In this document: piece after piece, positions 60,990 to 64,000 of the stretch
Position numbering within the stretch: the first letter of the stretch is position 1
How the letters are laid out: every line of letters begins with the position of its first letter
IMG/VR virus record: IMGVR_UViG_3300037069_000805
Span: 32,001-96,000 of that record
Length of the DNA stretch: 64,000 bases
Source: a virus
Reading direction: 5' to 3' (one strand)
The notes under the pieces: model-generated
Databases searched by the model: none
Seen by the model: the letters and a program-made list of their open reading frames with translations, nothing else
What the model was told of the DNA's origin: nothing
Made by a program: the position numbers and the translations under genes

Positions 60990-61159
60990 TATTTACTTTT
61001 TTTATATTCAACTTGTTTAACGTCTTCTTTTGGTGTTAATTCATTTACAATATTTGTGAATGCTTGTACAATGATTGCAGATTCTTGTAACTCATATACA
61101 CCTGCTTTATTTGCTCTACCTAGAGCTTGTTCAATTACTTTTAATGATTGTTCTAACAT
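60989..61159 (-). CDS. small hypothetical protein (56 aa)
   Basis: Read manually (MLEQSLKVIEQALGRANKAG...); TAATG coupling. Confidence 0.55.
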   Translation of the reverse strand: MLEQSLKVIEQALGRANKAGVYELQESAIIVQAFTNIVNELTPKEDVKQVEYKKSK

Positions 61160-61164
61160 ATTTA

Positions 61165-61548
61165 TTATAATTTAACTTTAATTACTTCTTCTAGTCTTTC
61201 ATCTTTTGCTTTGACTAATCTATCATCTAAAAATGCAAATGTATCTTCTCCAACATCTATAGTATCTACTTTTACTTGCATAATTGTATCTACACTATTT
61301 CCATTATCTACTCTTGTTGGAACCATCATTTTTTCAATATTGATAATTACTTTATCACCAACATTTAAATCTGTTACCATTGCACCTTTAGCTAATATAT
61401 ATTGTACATCAGATAAAATGTTATTTGATAATACTACATTACCATCTTCTTCAAGACTATTTAAAGTAATGATTACACTACTATATCTTGGTTTTAAAGG
61501 AAAATCTTTTATTAATTCCTTTACTTCTTCACTGTTAAAGTTTCTCAT
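61165..61548 (-). CDS. GroES-like co-chaperonin
   Basis: LKPRYSSVII, loop EEDGNVVLS, ILAKG...LNVGDKVI, C-terminal FLDDRLV resemble the Cpn10 pattern. Confidence 0.65.
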   Translation of the reverse strand: MRNFNSEEVKELIKDFPLKPRYSSVIITLNSLEEDGNVVLSNNILSDVQYILAKGAMVTDLNVGDKVIINIEKMMVPTRVDNGNSVDTIMQVKVDTIDVGEDTFAFLDDRLVKAKDERLEEVIKVKL

Positions 61549-61837
61549 TCTTATTTTTATTATATTTAATTAATCCTTCTTTAATTTTCTTATTCTTTTC
61601 ATACTTATCAAAGTTAGTATATAACTTTCCAAGATATAAATAAATAAAATTTGTTTTTAATTTGTTAAATTCTTCTTCTGAATTTATATTATCTAATTCT
61701 AAAGCTTTCATTATTTCTCTTGTAAATTGATAAGGTGAATTAATAATTTTATTTATAATATTATCTTGTAGATTATATTTTAAACCTATTCTATGAATTA
61801 GAATCTTTATCTTATCTTCATCTACTTTATTTTTCAT
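61535..61837 (-). CDS. HU/IHF-like protein
   Basis: N-terminal helices then NFIYLYLGKLY. Confidence 0.45.
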   Translation of the reverse strand: MKNKVDEDKIKILIHRIGLKYNLQDNIINKIINSPYQFTREIMKALELDNINSEEEFNKLKTNFIYLYLGKLYTNFDKYEKNKKIKEGLIKYNKNKNEKL

Positions 61838-62210
61838 CTACAATATTGAAATTAAATATTACTTTAAAATTCTTACTATTTAAATCTAATTCGGGTATAA
61901 ACATATTTGATATTTCACCATTTACTATAATACCTTTCTTTCTTAGATTTGTCATTATATTCTGAAATGAATTATCATTCATATTCAATTCATCTTTTAT
62001 TTTCATTTTAGTATCATAATCAAATACTATAGTCCATAAAATCTTATTATTAGTTGTTTCTTTTTTATACACATAATGATAATATAATAATAGAGCTAAC
62101 ACTTGTTGTTGTTGATTATTTAACTTATGAAAACTCTTTGTTATATCTAACCATCTAAAAAAAAGATTCTTTAATGTAACATTTAGTGTTGCTGTTTTAC
62201 TATTATTCAT
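61827..62210 (-). CDS. putative winged-helix DNA-binding protein
   Basis: IKDELNM..NSFQNIMTNLRKKGII. Confidence 0.55.
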   Translation of the reverse strand: MNNSKTATLNVTLKNLFFRWLDITKSFHKLNNQQQQVLALLLYYHYVYKKETTNNKILWTIVFDYDTKMKIKDELNMNDNSFQNIMTNLRKKGIIVNGEISNMFIPELDLNSKNFKVIFNFNIVDEK

Positions 62211-62415
62211 TTACAAATTTATTAATTTCATTAATTGTTTTTACAAAATCTATAAATTCTTTACTATAAGCATCAAAAAAAATATGTTGATTTGATTTAC
62301 CAATAATGCTACCAGATTGATCAAATTCATCTTCATTCATTTCAATATAAATAGTATTAGATACACCTATAAATTCTCCATAAATATTTCCATTTGTTAC
62401 TTTATATTTACTCAT
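62203..62415 (-). CDS. hypothetical protein
   Basis: 70-aa coupled ORF. Confidence 0.5.
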   Translation of the reverse strand: MSKYKVTNGNIYGEFIGVSNTIYIEMNEDEFDQSGSIIGKSNQHIFFDAYSKEFIDFVKTINEINKFVNE

Positions 62416-63065
62416 TATTTCCCATATACATAATCTAAAATTCTTCCTACTAATCCACTTCTATGATTTTCTTTTAATTTAATATGAACAATACCTTCTA
62501 TATTTTTAGATAGTTCAATTGCAAAATCTAAACCTGTATATGTTTCAGATATATCTCTTTGAGATTGATCACCATTAATTACAATTTTACCTGTAGTACC
62601 TAATCTTGTAAGAACTGCTTCCATTTCTTTTGCAGTAAGATTTTGTGCTTCTTCTATAATAAGAATATCGTCTATTGTTTTACCACGTATAAATTGAATT
62701 GGTAAAGCTAATATTTTACCATTTTTAATATATTCATCAACTTTTAATCTATCAGTGCATTTATAAAGATTTTCAACTAAAGCTTCCATATATGGATTAA
62801 ACTTTTCTTTTAAATCTCCTGGTAAGAAACCTAATGATTTACCTACTTCAATAGCACTTCTAGCAACTAAAATCTTATCACATTGTTTTCTATTTAAAAA
62901 ATCTAATGCTGTAATAGAACCTACTAATGATTTACCAGAACCTGCCCTACCAGTTATAATAACAATTTGATTATCTATAATTAATTGTTTAGCTAGTTTT
63001 TGTTCTTCATTAAGAGCTATATTATATTTTATTTCAGACTTTCTTTCTCTATTAGTTTCTTTCAT
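62415..63065 (-). CDS. phoH: PhoH-family ATPase
   Basis: GRAGSGKS, LGFLPGDLKEK..PY, FIRGKT, EEAQN, LTRLG, GDQSQ.D, HRS. Confidence 0.93.
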   Translation of the reverse strand: MKETNRERKSEIKYNIALNEEQKLAKQLIIDNQIVIITGRAGSGKSLVGSITALDFLNRKQCDKILVARSAIEVGKSLGFLPGDLKEKFNPYMEALVENLYKCTDRLKVDEYIKNGKILALPIQFIRGKTIDDILIIEEAQNLTAKEMEAVLTRLGTTGKIVINGDQSQRDISETYTGLDFAIELSKNIEGIVHIKLKENHRSGLVGRILDYVYGK

Positions 63066-63363
63066 TTTTGAATTTTAAATATTCATTAATATTTTCAAAT
63101 GTTTCTAGTTCATTTATAGAACCACATTTAAAACATATATTATTATCTAATTCATCTGACATGATATGTAGACTTTTACAATATTTGCAAGCAACTACTG
63201 ATTCTTTATCATATTCTATTTTTTTATTATCTTCCATTGTTTTTATTAAATTATCTACATCTTTTACATAATCAGTATCATAAGGTGGAAATGGTGCTAA
63301 GTTATTGTAATAATGTAAGTGACTAGATAGCCGTTTCAGTTCTTTTAATTTTTTCTGTTTCAT
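63052..63363 (-). CDS. Zn-ribbon protein
   Basis: CKYC...CFKC; likely start MKQKK at 63363. Confidence 0.6.
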   Translation of the reverse strand: MKQKKLKELKRLSSHLHYYNNLAPFPPYDTDYVKDVDNLIKTMEDNKKIEYDKESVVACKYCKSLHIMSDELDNNICFKCGSINELETFENINEYLKFKNERN

Positions 63364-63535
63364 TATTAATTGTGATTTCAGCATTCCATAAATCATCTTC
63401 CGATTTATTAATATTAATAGAATATGAATAATCTTTATGTTTAGAACTGAATCTATTTATATCAGTCATAAAATTATCAATATTATCTAATATCTCTTTT
63501 ATAGATTGCTGTTCTAATGTATAAGTATTATTCAT
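63323..63535 (-). CDS. hypothetical protein
   Basis: 70-aa ORF in the operon. Confidence 0.5.
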   Translation of the reverse strand: MNNTYTLEQQSIKEILDNIDNFMTDINRFSSKHKDYSYSININKSEDDLWNAEITINNETEKIKRTETAI

Positions 63536-63818
63536 TTATATTATTCTTTTGTTTATATTCTTGCCATTCTATATTACTCATTAAATCTGGAAATCTTTCT
63601 AAATTACAACTCTTTTTAATTGAAGTTATACCTTTGAATACACAACCACATTTAATACACTTACCAGTCTTTGCACAATCGTCACGACATATTAATCTAC
63701 GATATGCTATCTGTTCTTTTATATGTTGTGGTTGTACTTCAAGCTCTTCTAGTATTCTTTGAGAGTTTCCCTCTAGAAAAGATAATATATTTTTATATGT
63801 TATCTTCTTCTTTTCCAT
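63528..63818 (-). CDS. Cys-rich putative metal-binding protein
   Basis: C..DC....CIKCGC.....C. Confidence 0.6.
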   Translation of the reverse strand: MEKKKITYKNILSFLEGNSQRILEELEVQPQHIKEQIAYRRLICRDDCAKTGKCIKCGCVFKGITSIKKSCNLERFPDLMSNIEWQEYKQKNNINE

Positions 63819-63999
63819 TTGTCATTTCTTTAGCTTGATGTACTTTACCTAGTACTAAAAACTTCTCCATATTATCTAACTCTCTTCCATAAATAGGAAG
63901 TACATATTCATTTATATTATCTTCTGTATATTCAAGTGTCGGATCTAATTGTTTAGCTACTATGTCCATTTCACCAATTATCTTATAAAAAGATTTAAT
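63793..63999 (-). CDS. partial hypothetical protein (5' end outside the window)
   Basis: Open frame IKSFYKIIGEMD...EEDNI* running from the window edge. Confidence 0.5.
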   Translation of the reverse strand: MKSFYKIIGEMDIVAKQLDPTLEYTEDNINEYVLPIYGRELDNMEKFLVLGKVHQAKEMTNGKEEDNI

Positions 64000-64000
64000 A

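Noticed and set aside
2215-63762. Short antisense or alternate-frame ORFs in the track (e.g. 2215-2403, 4978-5193, 10670-10900, 11903-12202, 17573-17815, 18380-18616, 22963-23181, 31084-31311, 42100-42300, 50780-50980, 51034-51279, 59180-59605, 61211-61573, 63517-63762)
   Set aside because: They lie within well-supported genes on the opposite strand or in another frame and have no motifs; shadow ORFs
1-64000. tRNA genes, CRISPR arrays, DGR or invertible cassettes, integrase
   Set aside because: Intergenic spaces are short; I saw no cloverleaf, repeat-spacer array, reverse transcriptase or recombinase by eye (tRNAscan and repeat finders were not run)

Overview
A very AT-rich 64-kb segment of a crAss-like (Crassvirales-type) podophage infecting Bacteroidota, probably a Flavobacteriia-type host, read in the standard genetic code. 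Positions 1-6960 (+ strand) are the end of a replication/nucleotide-metabolism arm: SF2 helicase, MazG-like protein, cyclic-phosphate-processing receiver domain, DUF5664-type dNTP diphosphohydrolase, HD hydrolase, ThyX and a metallophosphoesterase. This arm meets the - strand virion arm at a bidirectional terminator near 6990. From right to left the virion arm carries PhoH, a GroES-like protein, GroEL, terminase, portal, scaffold-like protein, major capsid, capsid/neck/tail proteins, tail fibres, an interrupted lysis cassette, the tail nozzle and five cargo/ejection proteins, including a 2200-aa virion RNA polymerase (DYDID). Six free-standing homing endonucleases are interspersed. Main observations: (1) the three giant ejection proteins are almost cysteine-free except for Cys at their adjoining termini, suggesting a head-to-tail disulfide-linked ejection chain; (2) a self-contained moron (host promoter, pseudoknot/E-loop-like leader RNA, 98-aa ORF, terminator); (3) a 14-bp element at identical spacing upstream of two late promoters; (4) a phage GroEL/GroES pair upstream of terminase; (5) a glycosyltransferase and an NHL/Ig protein inside the lysis cassette. 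All calls come from motif reading and gene order; no database searches were run.
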